A stretch of 64,000 nt of DNA, taken from the NCBI GenBank assembly GCA_963706955.1, contig CAVPOC010000014.1:34282-98281 (forward strand), read 5' to 3'. Both the position numbers and the translations under genes were made by a program. The DNA is from an uncultured Verrucomicrobiae bacterium (lineage in GTDB: Bacteria > Verrucomicrobiota > Verrucomicrobiia > Chthoniobacterales > Terrimicrobiaceae). This document shows, piece after piece, positions 52,260 through 62,093 of the stretch (positions are counted from its first letter, which is position 1; the number at the start of each line of letters is the position of its first letter). The notes below the pieces were generated by a model. That model had not been told where the DNA came from and did not search any database. It worked only from the letters and a program-made list of their open reading frames with translations.

Positions 52260-53875
52260 TGGCCACGGCCGAGTTAGCGGCGGCGCCCTCGGACGCCAAG
52301 GTGCGCGAGTTCAATCCTTGGATCGTCGCGCTGGCGGTGATCATCCCGACCTTCATGGAAGTGCTCGACACGACGATTGCCAATGTGGCGCTCCGCTACA
52401 TTGCGGGCGGCCTTTCTGCACCGTCGAGCGATAGCGAATGGGTCATCACTAGTTATCTGGCGGCCAATGCCATTATTCTTCCCATGTCCGGCTGGCTTTC
52501 GGTGAGGCTCGGAAGACGACGTTACTTTCTCATCTCGATTGCGGTTTTCACGCTCGCCTCCGCCATGTGCGGAATGGCGATGAACCTGGAAATGCTGATC
52601 GCGTCGCGCGTGTTGCAAGGCTTGGCTGGCGGCGGGTTGCAGCCGTCGAGCCAGGGTGTGCTTCTCGATGCGTTTCCGCCGGAGAAGCAAGGCGCCGCGC
52701 AGACGTTATTTGGCATCGCCGCCCTGCTTGCCCCGGTCGTCGGTCCGACCCTTGGCGGATACATCACCGACAACTATGGCTGGCGCTGGATCTTCTATAT
52801 CAATATTCCCGTCGGGCTCTTCGCCTTATGGTTCTGCAGCAAGGTCGTCATCGACCCCGACTACTTGAAGTCCCAGCAGACTGCAATGCGTAGGAAGGGT
52901 GCACCTTTCGATACCCTGGGTCTCTGTCTCCTGTGTCTCACCATGATTTCCTGGGAGATCGTGCTCAGCAAGGGACAGGAATGGGACTGGCTTGGAGATC
53001 CTTTCTACCGGGTGCACTTGCTGTTGGTTCTCTTCCTCGCAGGTCTGCTTACCCTCGTCTGGCGTGAGCTGAGAATTTCGAACCCGCTGATCAACTTCCG
53101 AACCCTGGCCGACCGAAATTTTCGCTGGTCGTGCATCATTGTTTTCTGCGCCTTTGGAGTCCTCTACGCAAATACGACCACCCTTCCTACGTTGCTGCAA
53201 TCGCTCTTTGGCTACGATGCCACCACTTCCGGAATGGTCCTCTCACCAGCGGGCCTCTTCGCCGTCATGGGGCTGATATTCGCCGGCGCTTTGATGTCCC
53301 GAGGTGTTGATGCACGTTATTTCATAGCCACGGGCTTGATCTTAATGGGCATCGGCAACTACTGGACGTCACAGCTGACGCTCGAGATCAGTCCCTGGCA
53401 GGTGGTCTGGCCTCGAGTCGTCGTCATCGCGGGACTTTCCATGGTTTTCGCACCGTTGAATGTGGCGGCGTTCCTTTACATCCCGAAGGAACTGCGTGGC
53501 GCGGCCGTCGGGCTGTTGGCCCTTCTGCGCAACGAAGGTGGCAGTGTCGGCACCTCGATCGCCAAAACAATCCACGAACGCCGCGATCAATTCCACAGCC
53601 TGCGCCTTGGCGAGTATCTCGATCAGCTGAATCCAGCCGTGAATTCGTTCCTTGAGCAAGCCCAGGCCGGTCTCCTTCAGCTCAGCGGGGATCCGGTCGC
53701 AGCCCGACAGATGGCACTGCAATTACTGGAGGACTTGCGCCAGCAACAAGCCTCCGCGTTTGCTTACTTCGATATTTTCCTGCTCTTAGCCTTGCTCTCG
53801 GTCCCACTGGTCGCGCTCGTATTCATGATGAAGCGCTCCGTCCCACAAAAGGGAGCACACGTTTCCGCGGAGTAA
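52256..53875 (+). CDS. EmrB/DHA2 MFS efflux transporter
   Basis: FMEVLDTTIANVAL, WVITSYL, GPTLGG, WRWIFYINIP. Confidence 0.93.
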   Translation: MMATAELAAAPSDAKVREFNPWIVALAVIIPTFMEVLDTTIANVALRYIAGGLSAPSSDSEWVITSYLAANAIILPMSGWLSVRLGRRRYFLISIAVFTLASAMCGMAMNLEMLIASRVLQGLAGGGLQPSSQGVLLDAFPPEKQGAAQTLFGIAALLAPVVGPTLGGYITDNYGWRWIFYINIPVGLFALWFCSKVVIDPDYLKSQQTAMRRKGAPFDTLGLCLLCLTMISWEIVLSKGQEWDWLGDPFYRVHLLLVLFLAGLLTLVWRELRISNPLINFRTLADRNFRWSCIIVFCAFGVLYANTTTLPTLLQSLFGYDATTSGMVLSPAGLFAVMGLIFAGALMSRGVDARYFIATGLILMGIGNYWTSQLTLEISPWQVVWPRVVVIAGLSMVFAPLNVAAFLYIPKELRGAAVGLLALLRNEGGSVGTSIAKTIHERRDQFHSLRLGEYLDQLNPAVNSFLEQAQAGLLQLSGDPVAARQMALQLLEDLRQQQASAFAYFDIFLLLALLSVPLVALVFMMKRSVPQKGAHVSAE

Positions 53876-53943
53876 TTGAGAATCTCGGAGCGCCTCGACT
53901 CTAGTAAATAAGCAGCTACCCTCGACGCAAAAAGGAGTGCCCG

Positions 53944-54885
53944 ATGATAACGATGAGGATCATGCGCTTTAGCGATTCCCAGGATGCGTCAGACCTGATC
54001 GCCGGCACAGCTCCCCTTCCGAATCCTGGTGAAGGGGAGATATTGGTGCGCGTTCATGCGGTCGGAGTGACGCCGACTGAATCGCAATGGTACCCAACCA
54101 CGCACACCCAAGACGGCGGGATCAGAACCGGCGCAATTCCTGGGCATGAGTTCTCGGGGGTAATCGAAGCCGTCGGCGTGAATGTCGATCCGAGTCAGAT
54201 TGGCCGCGCGGTTTACGGTATGAACGATTGGTTTGCCGACGGCGCCACCGCCGATTACTGCGTCAGCGTTCTCGAAGCTGTCGCGGACAAGCCGCCGAGC
54301 CTAAGTCATCTGGAGGCCGCCAGCGTCCCGATTGGCGCGCTCACTGCGTGGCAAGGATTGTTCGCTCGGGCGAAATTGCGCAGGGGCGAGCGCATCCTCG
54401 TGCACGGCGGATCTGGCGCGGTCGGTCTCTTCGCGATTCAACTCGCCCGACGAGCCGGCGCGCACGTAATTACCACCGCCTCGGCGCGGAATTTTGAGCT
54501 TCTCTCACAGCTCGGAGCTGACCAGATGATCGACTACACTCAGGAACGTTTCGAAGAGCATACTCGTGATATTGATGTGGTCTTTGATACGGTCGGCGGC
54601 GAGACCCTGAAGCGCTCGTGGGATCTTCTGAAGCCAACCGGCCGCATGGTCACCATCGCAGCGGACAGCGAGCGAACCAAGGAGCCGCGTACCGAGCAGG
54701 CTTTCTTTATTGTCGAGCCCGACTCAAGACAACTGGCGGAAATATCTCGCTTGCTCGACTCCGGCGAAGTTCGCTGTTTCGTCGACGCCGTCGTTCCGAT
54801 GGCAAGGGCCGCCGAGGCATACTCCCGGCGGATTGAAGGCCGGCGCGGCTACGGTAAAGTGGTGATCTCGGTCACGACGGGTTAA
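53944..54885 (+). CDS. NADP-dependent oxidoreductase (MDR/quinone reductase-like)
   Basis: PGHEFSG, LTAWQGL, HGGSGAVG, GKVVI. Confidence 0.9.
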   Translation: MITMRIMRFSDSQDASDLIAGTAPLPNPGEGEILVRVHAVGVTPTESQWYPTTHTQDGGIRTGAIPGHEFSGVIEAVGVNVDPSQIGRAVYGMNDWFADGATADYCVSVLEAVADKPPSLSHLEAASVPIGALTAWQGLFARAKLRRGERILVHGGSGAVGLFAIQLARRAGAHVITTASARNFELLSQLGADQMIDYTQERFEEHTRDIDVVFDTVGGETLKRSWDLLKPTGRMVTIAADSERTKEPRTEQAFFIVEPDSRQLAEISRLLDSGEVRCFVDAVVPMARAAEAYSRRIEGRRGYGKVVISVTTG

Positions 54886-54997
54886 GGTCACGCCAAAGCG
54901 GGGTGCAGCCAGCATTTGTAAAGTTCCGATTCAGACACAGCCGCGACAAAGCACAGAAACTCCAATGTGCTGCACTTACTAGTCGCGTAAAACCTGC

Positions 54998-55688
54998 TTA
55001 GAACAGCCGAATCGCGGTTACGGCGATGCGTCCTCCGAAACAGACGTCGACGTCTGCACCACGCGTGCGCTCGCGGGAATGATAGACGCCGTCATAGAAC
55101 AGCCCGCCACCTTCCTCGTGCCTGTAGCTTAGCGGCAAGGGGTGAGGATCGAGCGCGCAGAAAACGATTTCAGGCTCATCTTCGGAGGGGCGGAGATGCG
55201 GCAGATTGACGTTGTAAAACAGGCCTGGTTTGGTCGGCCTTCGCGTGAGCTCTCTCAGGACCCGCGCCACCCAGGAGGCCGCCCGCTGCCAGTCAAACTC
55301 CATCTTGTCGCGGCGATAGTGCGAGACCGCCACACCCGGCCAGCCATGCAGCACCGCCTCGCGCACTGCCGCCACGGTTCCCGAATAGTGGACATCAGCC
55401 CCCAGGTTTCCGCCATGATTGATGCCACTGAGCACCCACTTCGCATCAGGAACAAGCTTGAGCAATCCAATGCGCGTGCAATCCGCCGGGGTGCCATAAA
55501 CGGCAAATCGCTTCTCTCCACGCGCTTCGATCCGCAGAGGACCGTGCGCTGTCACCGCATGGCTGACGCCCGGACTGCGGACCCGCTGGCGCGACCACGA
55601 CCGGTTCGCCGATCGCGCGTGCCGCGCACAGCAATGCCTCCAGGCCGGGAGCGTCGATCCCGTCGTCATTGCTAAGGAGGAGCTTCAT
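54998..55688 (-). CDS. surE: 5'/3'-nucleotidase SurE; frameshift near 55590
   Basis: LLSNDDGIDAPGL in one frame; SG.SHA.T, GTPADC, SGINHGGNLG..V.YSGTV in the other. Confidence 0.9.
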
Positions 55689-55785
55689 GGGACGCAACTT
55701 GATGGCCACAAAAGGCTTTCAATTTCCAGGCGACTCTCCTATTTTTCGGCAAATATCCGAACCGCCAGAGCGGGCGTCAAAAGCC

Positions 55786-56331
55786 GTGAATATCGAGTTT
55801 CTTCCCGTGTTGATAGTCGAAGAAGTGAGGACGTTGTTCGACGCTGATTCCAAATTATCTGAAATGCTTCCGGAGATGGAGCGCGCTTCGCTATCTCCGC
55901 AGGTTCGCAAGGCGATCAACCGACGGCGAGATTTGGAGCAAAGTCAAAGCAAATCTCTGGCGGAAATTCTTGCCAGGTTTGACGCCCATCCCAGCGGTGG
56001 ACAATGCCACGCCATGCGCGGCCTGATTGGCGAGGCCGAGGAAGTGCTCCGTCGCGAAAGCGGAATGTATCCGGCGCGGCTAGAACCAAGATTGCTGGGC
56101 GTCTTGCGCAAGGCTGGCCATTTGCGCATGGCCGCCTTGAAAAATCTCATCGCCGTCGCTCAGCTCCTCGAGGCGCATGAAATCAAGAAAACACTCGAAG
56201 ACTGTCTTTCGCAGGAAGTCGAGGCGGATCGCTTCGTCGCCGACCTCACCGATGACATGCTACGTTTGATGACCGCAAATTCGCACGGAGAAACGGCCAA
56301 CGCCCTCGACGCACTCCAACGCTATTCTTAG
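55786..56331 (+). CDS. YciF/DUF892 ferritin-like protein
   Basis: C.AM.GLIGEAEE motif, helical bundle; several metal ligands appear divergent. Confidence 0.6.
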   Translation: MNIEFLPVLIVEEVRTLFDADSKLSEMLPEMERASLSPQVRKAINRRRDLEQSQSKSLAEILARFDAHPSGGQCHAMRGLIGEAEEVLRRESGMYPARLEPRLLGVLRKAGHLRMAALKNLIAVAQLLEAHEIKKTLEDCLSQEVEADRFVADLTDDMLRLMTANSHGETANALDALQRYS

Positions 56332-56674
56332 GACGATCCGGATGTTTGTTCGCGTGACGCTGAGCAGATCTCTAGGATTCGAGGGAAAGTCGCAGTAACG
56401 GTCACTGCTGCGGCCGTTCGCAGCTCGGCAGTGATTCGTGATTTAATACTCCCTCGGCTCATTAACTTGAGCTCTCGCGTAAAATTGTTGCGACGATGTC
56501 GCCATGGTCGTTTTCTCACGACGGCGCAGCCACTGTGGATGTTCTCTGTGCATCACGCCCTCAGACGCTACGATGAGCGTAGCAGAGGGGTCCCCATTTC
56601 CGGCAGGGTCCCGCCGGAGGGGATACCGCCGCTTCCGCAAAGTAAATATTTCCGAAGACGGCAGAAAAACTGAT

Positions 56675-57736
56675 CTAAGCCGCGGCCTCTGCGGGACTTA
56701 GCGACGGAGCTTCCTCCGTTTCCCGCTCTGCTCGGTTGATTGCGTCTATCAGCAGCCGAATGGTGCCAAAGTCACGTTTATGAGGCGTCAGCACGATGCG
56801 GTGAAAGTGGGCGAGGTGCGTGTCGTCGGCCTCTTCGGGCAGAGCCGCGCTCTGCACAATGCGATCGGCGGCAAGAAGCGTGTCAAAGTCGCGATTTAGC
56901 TGATCGATGGCCGATTGCTGAAGCCGATGAGTCGTGCGAATGACCATTCTGTTCTTCACCCAACGGTAGGAATGAAAGTTGTGATAGAATTGCACCACCT
57001 CCTCGAGTGTTTCTTCCAGACTGTGGGTGATTTTGAAAAGGCTAAGATCCGTCGGCGAGATCAGACCCTGGTCGAGCAGGTCGTTGACGACAAACCGCCT
57101 CCATGTCTCCCAATAGCGGCCATTTGGTCGGTCGAGCAAAACCATCGGGACGATCGGGCTTTTTCCGGTCTGCATGAGAGTGAGGACCTCGCAACCTTCG
57201 TCGTGGGTGCCAAATCCTCCCGGGAGCAGCACGAATGCGTGCGTCTCCTTCACAAAATGAAGTTTTCGGGTGAAGAAATACCGGAAATTGATCAGCTTGG
57301 GATCGCCATGAATCGTTTGATTTGCCCGCTGTTCGAAGGGCAAGCGGATGTTCAGGCCGAAGCTCTTTTCTGCGCCGGCGCCCTCCTGAGCGGCTCCCAT
57401 GATCCCATCACCGCCACCGGTGATGACCATCCAATCAAGTTCGACCATGTGACGCGCAAGTTCCCGGGCGAGCCTGTATTCCTCCGCCTCTGCTTTCATC
57501 CGGGCGCTTCCGAAGATCGCCACTTTGCGAATGCCCTGATATTTGCCGAAGATGTTTGAGGCATGCCGCAGCTCCCGCATCGCGCGGTTATAGAGCTTCA
57601 GGTCGGCGATGGCTGTCTTGTCTTTCCCGAAACGCAAGACGGTCTCAATCATCTCTTCCAACATTTCGGCCTGCCTCCCTTCCGCGACTTCGGCCACAAG
57701 ACTCTTGATCCGGGGGTCCTTCACTCTTTCTTTCAT
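56675..57736 (-). CDS. LOG family (TIGR00730-like) nucleotide-binding protein
   Basis: IFGSAR, TGGGDGIMGA, LPFEQ, YFFTRK..FVKE, PGGFGT.DE. Confidence 0.9.
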   Translation of the reverse strand: MKERVKDPRIKSLVAEVAEGRQAEMLEEMIETVLRFGKDKTAIADLKLYNRAMRELRHASNIFGKYQGIRKVAIFGSARMKAEAEEYRLARELARHMVELDWMVITGGGDGIMGAAQEGAGAEKSFGLNIRLPFEQRANQTIHGDPKLINFRYFFTRKLHFVKETHAFVLLPGGFGTHDEGCEVLTLMQTGKSPIVPMVLLDRPNGRYWETWRRFVVNDLLDQGLISPTDLSLFKITHSLEETLEEVVQFYHNFHSYRWVKNRMVIRTTHRLQQSAIDQLNRDFDTLLAADRIVQSAALPEEADDTHLAHFHRIVLTPHKRDFGTIRLLIDAINRAERETEEAPSLSPAEAAA

Positions 57737-57805
57737 AACAAAACCTGTGCTGGAATTTCTGGCTAATCGCCCCAGTCTTTCCGGCTCACGTTAATATCCG
57801 AACCC

Positions 57806-58886
57806 ATGATCATAGTCATCCGCCCCAAAGCGTCAAAAGAACAAATCGCGGAGGTCATCTCCGAGGTCGAGAAGCTCGGCTACACGCCTGCACCCATTCA
57901 CGGAGCCATGCAGACGGTGGTCGCCGCAATCGGCGATGAACGGACGCATGCGAATCTCGAATCACTCACCGCCTTGCCGCAAGTCGAAAGCGTCCTGCGC
58001 GTGCAGAAGCGCTACAAACTGGCCAGCCGCGAATCGCACCCGGAAAATACCGTCGTCAGTGTCGACGGACTGGAAATTGGCAGCGACCAGTTCTGCCTGA
58101 TGGCCGGGCCCTGCTCGGTCGAGAGCGAAGAGCAGCTGCTTGCCACCGCGGCCGCCGTAAAGGAGTCCGGGGCCAGCGTCCTCCGCGGAGGCGCCTACAA
58201 GCCGCGCACCTCGCCGTATGAATTTCAGGGCCTCGGGAAAGGAAGGCCTGCGCCTCCTCGCCCTCGCACGGAAGGAGACCGGGCTCAAGATCGTCACCGA
58301 AGTGCTGAGCGAGCGCGACGTCGAGCACGTCGCCGCGGTCGCGGACATTCTGCAAATCGGAGCGCGAAACGGCCAGAACTATCAACTTCTCATCGAGGCG
58401 GCGCGAAGTGGCAAGCCGATCCTTCTTAAGCGGGGCATGAGCGAACGCATCGAAGAATGGCTGCTCGCTGCAGAATACATTCTTGCGCACGGAAATCCGA
58501 ATGTCTTGCTCTGCGAACGCGGAATCCGAACTTTCGAGACATACACCCGCAATACCCTCGATCTGGCGGCGGTCGCCGTCGCGAAGAAAGAATCTCATCT
58601 GCCAGTCATTGTGGACCCAAGCCAGGGTTGCGGACGCGCGGATCTCGTCATTGCTCTTTGCTGTGGGGCCGTGGCGATGGGTGCCGACGGATTGCTCGTC
58701 GAAGTTCATCCGAATCCTGCCGAGGCTTTGAGCGATGGCCAGCAGCAGGTCGATTTCGCCTCTTTCAAGAAGCTGGCGAGCGCCCTTCCGCCATTTCTAA
58801 CGGCGACGAAAAAAACCTGGCTAAAGCCTTCACCGGAGCGAAGAAGCGAGCGGTCTTGGCGAGGTGGCTATGCCTCGTTTCCATAG
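57806..58886 (+). CDS. aroF: DAHP synthase (class I beta); frameshift near 58240
   Basis: [25 protein letters not shown], then [30 protein letters not shown] in the next frame. Confidence 0.9.
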
Positions 58887-59539
58887 AACTTGATGCCGCG
58901 TTGAATTTTCGGCCGTCCATTGAGCGCGCGCCATTTATTGCTGTCCCGTAGCGAATAGATGCAGCCACAATACTCCTGCATGTAGAATCCCTCCTCTTTG
59001 GAGATTTCGATCATGCGTTGCGCGCCGCCTTTCTTTCGCCAGTTGAAGGTCCAGTAGAAGAGGCCAGGATAGTGAGAGGCAGCGCGGACGCCACAGGCGT
59101 TTATCTGGTCCATATTTTTCCAGCGAGAGATTCCGAGACAGCTGGTAATCACGGGGAAACCATTCTCGTGCGCGTAGAGTGCCGTGCGCTCAAAGCGCAT
59201 ATCGAAGCACATCGTGCAGCGCGCGCCACGCTCCGGCTCCCATTCCAGGCCTTTGGCGCGCGCAAACCAGTTCTCGGTATCGTAATCCGCATCGACAAAG
59301 GGAATCGAATGTTTCTCGGCAAACCGGATATTCTCAGCTTTGCGGAGGTCATACTCCTCGCGAGGGTGAATGTTCGGATTGTAAAAATACACCGTCAGAT
59401 CGATCGCAGACGCTCGCATTGCCTCGATGACTTCACCGGAACAGGGGGCGCAGCAGGAGTGCAAGAGCACCCGCCTCTGTCCTCCGGGTGGATCGAGAAT
59501 CGGACGTTCGAATTCCTGTGACGAGAAGGCAGAGGACAT
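58868..59539 (-). CDS. queH: Epoxyqueuosine reductase QueH
   Basis: [37 protein letters not shown]. Confidence 0.93.
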   Translation of the reverse strand: MSSAFSSQEFERPILDPPGGQRRVLLHSCCAPCSGEVIEAMRASAIDLTVYFYNPNIHPREEYDLRKAENIRFAEKHSIPFVDADYDTENWFARAKGLEWEPERGARCTMCFDMRFERTALYAHENGFPVITSCLGISRWKNMDQINACGVRAASHYPGLFYWTFNWRKKGGAQRMIEISKEEGFYMQEYCGCIYSLRDSNKWRALNGRPKIQRGIKFYGNEA

Positions 59540-59559
59540 CGAATTACTTGTCGAACACG

Positions 59560-60023
59560 ATCATCCGGGCGTCAATCGCGGTAAAATCTCTCACCCAGCG
59601 TATGCGGAGGTTCAGGTCTCATATACGGCGCCCAGCGCGTCTCTATCTTCCCATGCTTGCCGCGTCGAGAAACGGGATACACAGTCCATCCGCGGAGGCA
59701 CGTGTTGGAAGGTCACCTCGCGGCGGGTGTTCGAGCTCTTCAGCCAGACAGCGTCCGCTCCATGAATTTGAGCATTGTAGATCATGCTCTTGCGAAGAAA
59801 ATTCCAGCCCTCGATCGCTTTCAAAGGCTAGGCGCCCAATTACCTTGAATGGTCGCGTCGGACGATTCGTGAGAATCGGGATCTGCGCGTCCGGCGGCTT
59901 GGCCGGAAAATCCTGGAGCGATTTGTAGTAGACGGCGGTCGATTTTACGGACGCGCAGCCTGCGAGCAAAACCAAGATTCCCGCAGAGCCTGCAAGAATC
60001 AGAGTTGCACGAGGCGAGCTCAT
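59560..60023 (-). CDS. Putative lipoprotein, probably frameshifted
   Basis: LLAGC lipobox; RPFKVIGRL..; continuation ([16 protein letters not shown]) in another frame; 3' end uncertain. Confidence 0.5.
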
Positions 60024-60054
60024 GAGCGTTAATGTACGGCAATATTGCGGTGCC

Positions 60055-60564
60055 GTGAAAACGAAAATCGTAATCAGCGCGGCTTTGGCCCTTGCCGTGG
60101 TCTTTGAGCTGGCACAGGCGGGTCCTCAAATTGGTATTTCTGCGCGAGCGGGCGCTGGCTGGTGTGCTCCGGCGAGCACAGTTTGTCCGCCCTTTAAGCC
60201 TTATCCGAAGTTCGTTACTTGCGCCTGGCCGACTTACTACTACCCGTGGTATTATGGCTACGTCTCGTCGCCAGTCGACGCTTCGACCAGCTTCAGCAAT
60301 GTCTCGCCAGTTTTCGACAACGGCCAAACGGGAATTTACCGCGTTCCGGCCCCGATCATTTCTCCTCCGCCGGTGATAACTCCGGCCGGGTCCCACTTTC
60401 GGCTGGCAACGCTGATTTCCCCCGCAGAAGTGCGGCCTTCCTCTGGATTAACAGACCAAGGAAGGCCGCCTCTGATTTTAGAGAGGCTCGCTTCTCGCCC
60501 TCGCGTCACCGGTGACCCGGCGAAGTCGCTCTGCGGCGCTTGCCGCTTCGAATTCCCCGGTTGA
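60055..60564 (+). CDS. Hypothetical secreted protein
   Basis: GTG start, signal peptide ..ELAQA, Tyr/Pro-rich; C-terminus uncertain. Confidence 0.45.
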   Translation: MKTKIVISAALALAVVFELAQAGPQIGISARAGAGWCAPASTVCPPFKPYPKFVTCAWPTYYYPWYYGYVSSPVDASTSFSNVSPVFDNGQTGIYRVPAPIISPPPVITPAGSHFRLATLISPAEVRPSSGLTDQGRPPLILERLASRPRVTGDPAKSLCGACRFEFPG

Positions 60565-60636
60565 CAAAGCAGCGGCGAATACCGAATTAAGATCTCACGG
60601 CTACGCGCAAGAATGCGTTGGGCCAACGCCATCGAT

Positions 60637-60709
60637 GGTGACCGTAGCTCAATGGTAGAGCTCCAGATTGTGGTTCTGGCTGTTGCGGGTTCGAGTCCCG
60701 TCGGTCACC
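60637..60709 (+). tRNA. tRNA-His (GTG)
   Basis: G-1 then GTGACCG TAGCTCAATGGTAGAGC T CCAGA TTGTGGT TCTGG CTGTT GCGGG TTCGAGT CCCGT CGGTCAC C; full CCA not encoded as written. Confidence 0.96.
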
Positions 60710-60710
60710 C

Positions 60711-61232
60711 ACCGACGGGACGAGAACGTAGTTCGACTACCCTGCGCGTTAGCGCCTTTCCGGGCCGAAGCCACTTTTGTAGAGCTCGCCGTAGGCGAGA
60801 TAATCCCGTCGGTCACCCACGTAGTTCGACTACCCTGCGCGTTAGCGCCTTTCCGGGCGAAGCCACTTTCGTAGAGCTCGCCGTAGGCGAGATAATCCCG
60901 TCGGTCACCCACCGACGGACGAGAACGTAGTTCGACTACCCTGCGCGTTAGCGCCTTTCCGGGCCGAAGCCACTTTTGTAGAGCTCGCCGTAGGCGAGAT
61001 AATCCCGTCGGTCACCCACCGACGGGACGAGAACGTAGTTCGACTACCTGCGCGTCAGCGCCTTTCCGGCGAAGCCATTTTCGTAGAGCTCGCCGTAGGC
61101 GAGATAATCCCGTCGGTCACCCACCGACGGGACGAGAACGTAGTTCGACTACCCTGCGCGTTAGCGCCTTTCCGGGCCGAAGCCACTTTCGTAGATCTCG
61201 CCGTAAGGCGAGATGAGTCCCGTCGGTCACCC
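60711..61232 (+). repeat. Five tandem RtT-like tRNA-His-linked repeats (92-110 bp)
   Basis: Units 60711-60818, 60819-60910, 60911-61017, 61018-61122, 61123-61232, each ending in TCCCGTCGGTCACCC (tRNA-His 3' end). Confidence 0.95.
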
Positions 61233-61403
61233 TTCTTCAGTGGCCAAAATACTCTGAGAATGGCTTGAATAAAGGCTGTACGGACGATCCAGCAAATTCC
61301 CTTGCATGTGCAGTTGGTTGCAGTTTCGGCGATATTTTTGTCCTGCTTTGTCCTGCAAGATTGGTGAAAAAAACGAGGTCTGCCGTGAAGGGAGCTGGCG
61401 AAG

Positions 61404-61433
61404 CACCGGGTTCGAATCCCGTTAGGGTCGCCA
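61404..61433 (+). pseudogene. tRNA 3'-half fragment (Glu-like), att-like remnant
   Basis: CACCGGGTTCGAATCCCGTTAGGGTCGCCA: T-arm, acceptor 3' strand and CCA, with no D or anticodon arm upstream; isotype inferred. Confidence 0.7.
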
Positions 61434-61556
61434 GAGGCGATGGCGAAGCCAATTCGAACCTCGGTTCGACTACCTGCGCGCCAGCGCAATTCTTACCAGC
61501 CGAAGGCCACTTTCGTAGAGCCCTGCGCAGCAGGGATAATCCCGTTAGGGTCGCTA
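61434..61556 (+). repeat. RtT-like unit with Glu-type tail
   Basis: Body homologous to the His units; ends AATCCCGTTAGGGTCGCTA. Confidence 0.88.
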
Positions 61557-62093
61557 CTCATTTAGAGTGGCAAATCGCCTTGTACATAAGATAAATAGAA
61601 GCTCTGCGTGCGATTCGCTAAATTCTCTTCAATGTGCAGTTGAAGGCAGTCCTGGCGGGAAAATTGTTACCTTTTGTTACCCTGTTTGGCTCCTGGCAGT
61701 CCCAGATCTTCAGATCTTCTTCCATTCCATCGGAACAAGCATTGTTGTGGATCAGGTCCAGAGCGGGCGGGAGCACCCAACTCATCGAGTGTGGCGGACT
61801 AAATCCGACCCACGCGTTCGAGCTCCGTAGCTCCGGGTCTGGTGCGTTACGAAAGCGGGGCAAGTCGTCTGGTCCTTGCGGGCCGCGCCGATCGCGAGTG
61901 AAAAAATCCCTTCGTTTCACTTCATTGCGGCCGATGCTAAGCTTTTCGCCGTGCAGGGTATCGTGCGCCAGCAACCCTCGGCATTGATTTCGTCGGGTCA
62001 CGACGGCGAATTGCGGGATTTTTCTGCGTTGTCGGCGCCTTTGCTCTTGGCTAATCTGTGGCGAAAGCGCCATTTTCCGCGGAAATCATTGCG

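Noticed and set aside
57806..58886. Programmed frameshifting in aroF (or surE)
   Set aside because: Similar single indels occur in many unrelated genes here, so sequencing error is the simpler explanation
60711..61232. CRISPR array or cluster of real tRNA genes
   Set aside because: No variable spacers; the units lack D and anticodon arms
60613..61594. ORFs overlapping tRNA-His and its repeats
   Set aside because: Their peptide repeats simply mirror the DNA repeats, with no protein family signal
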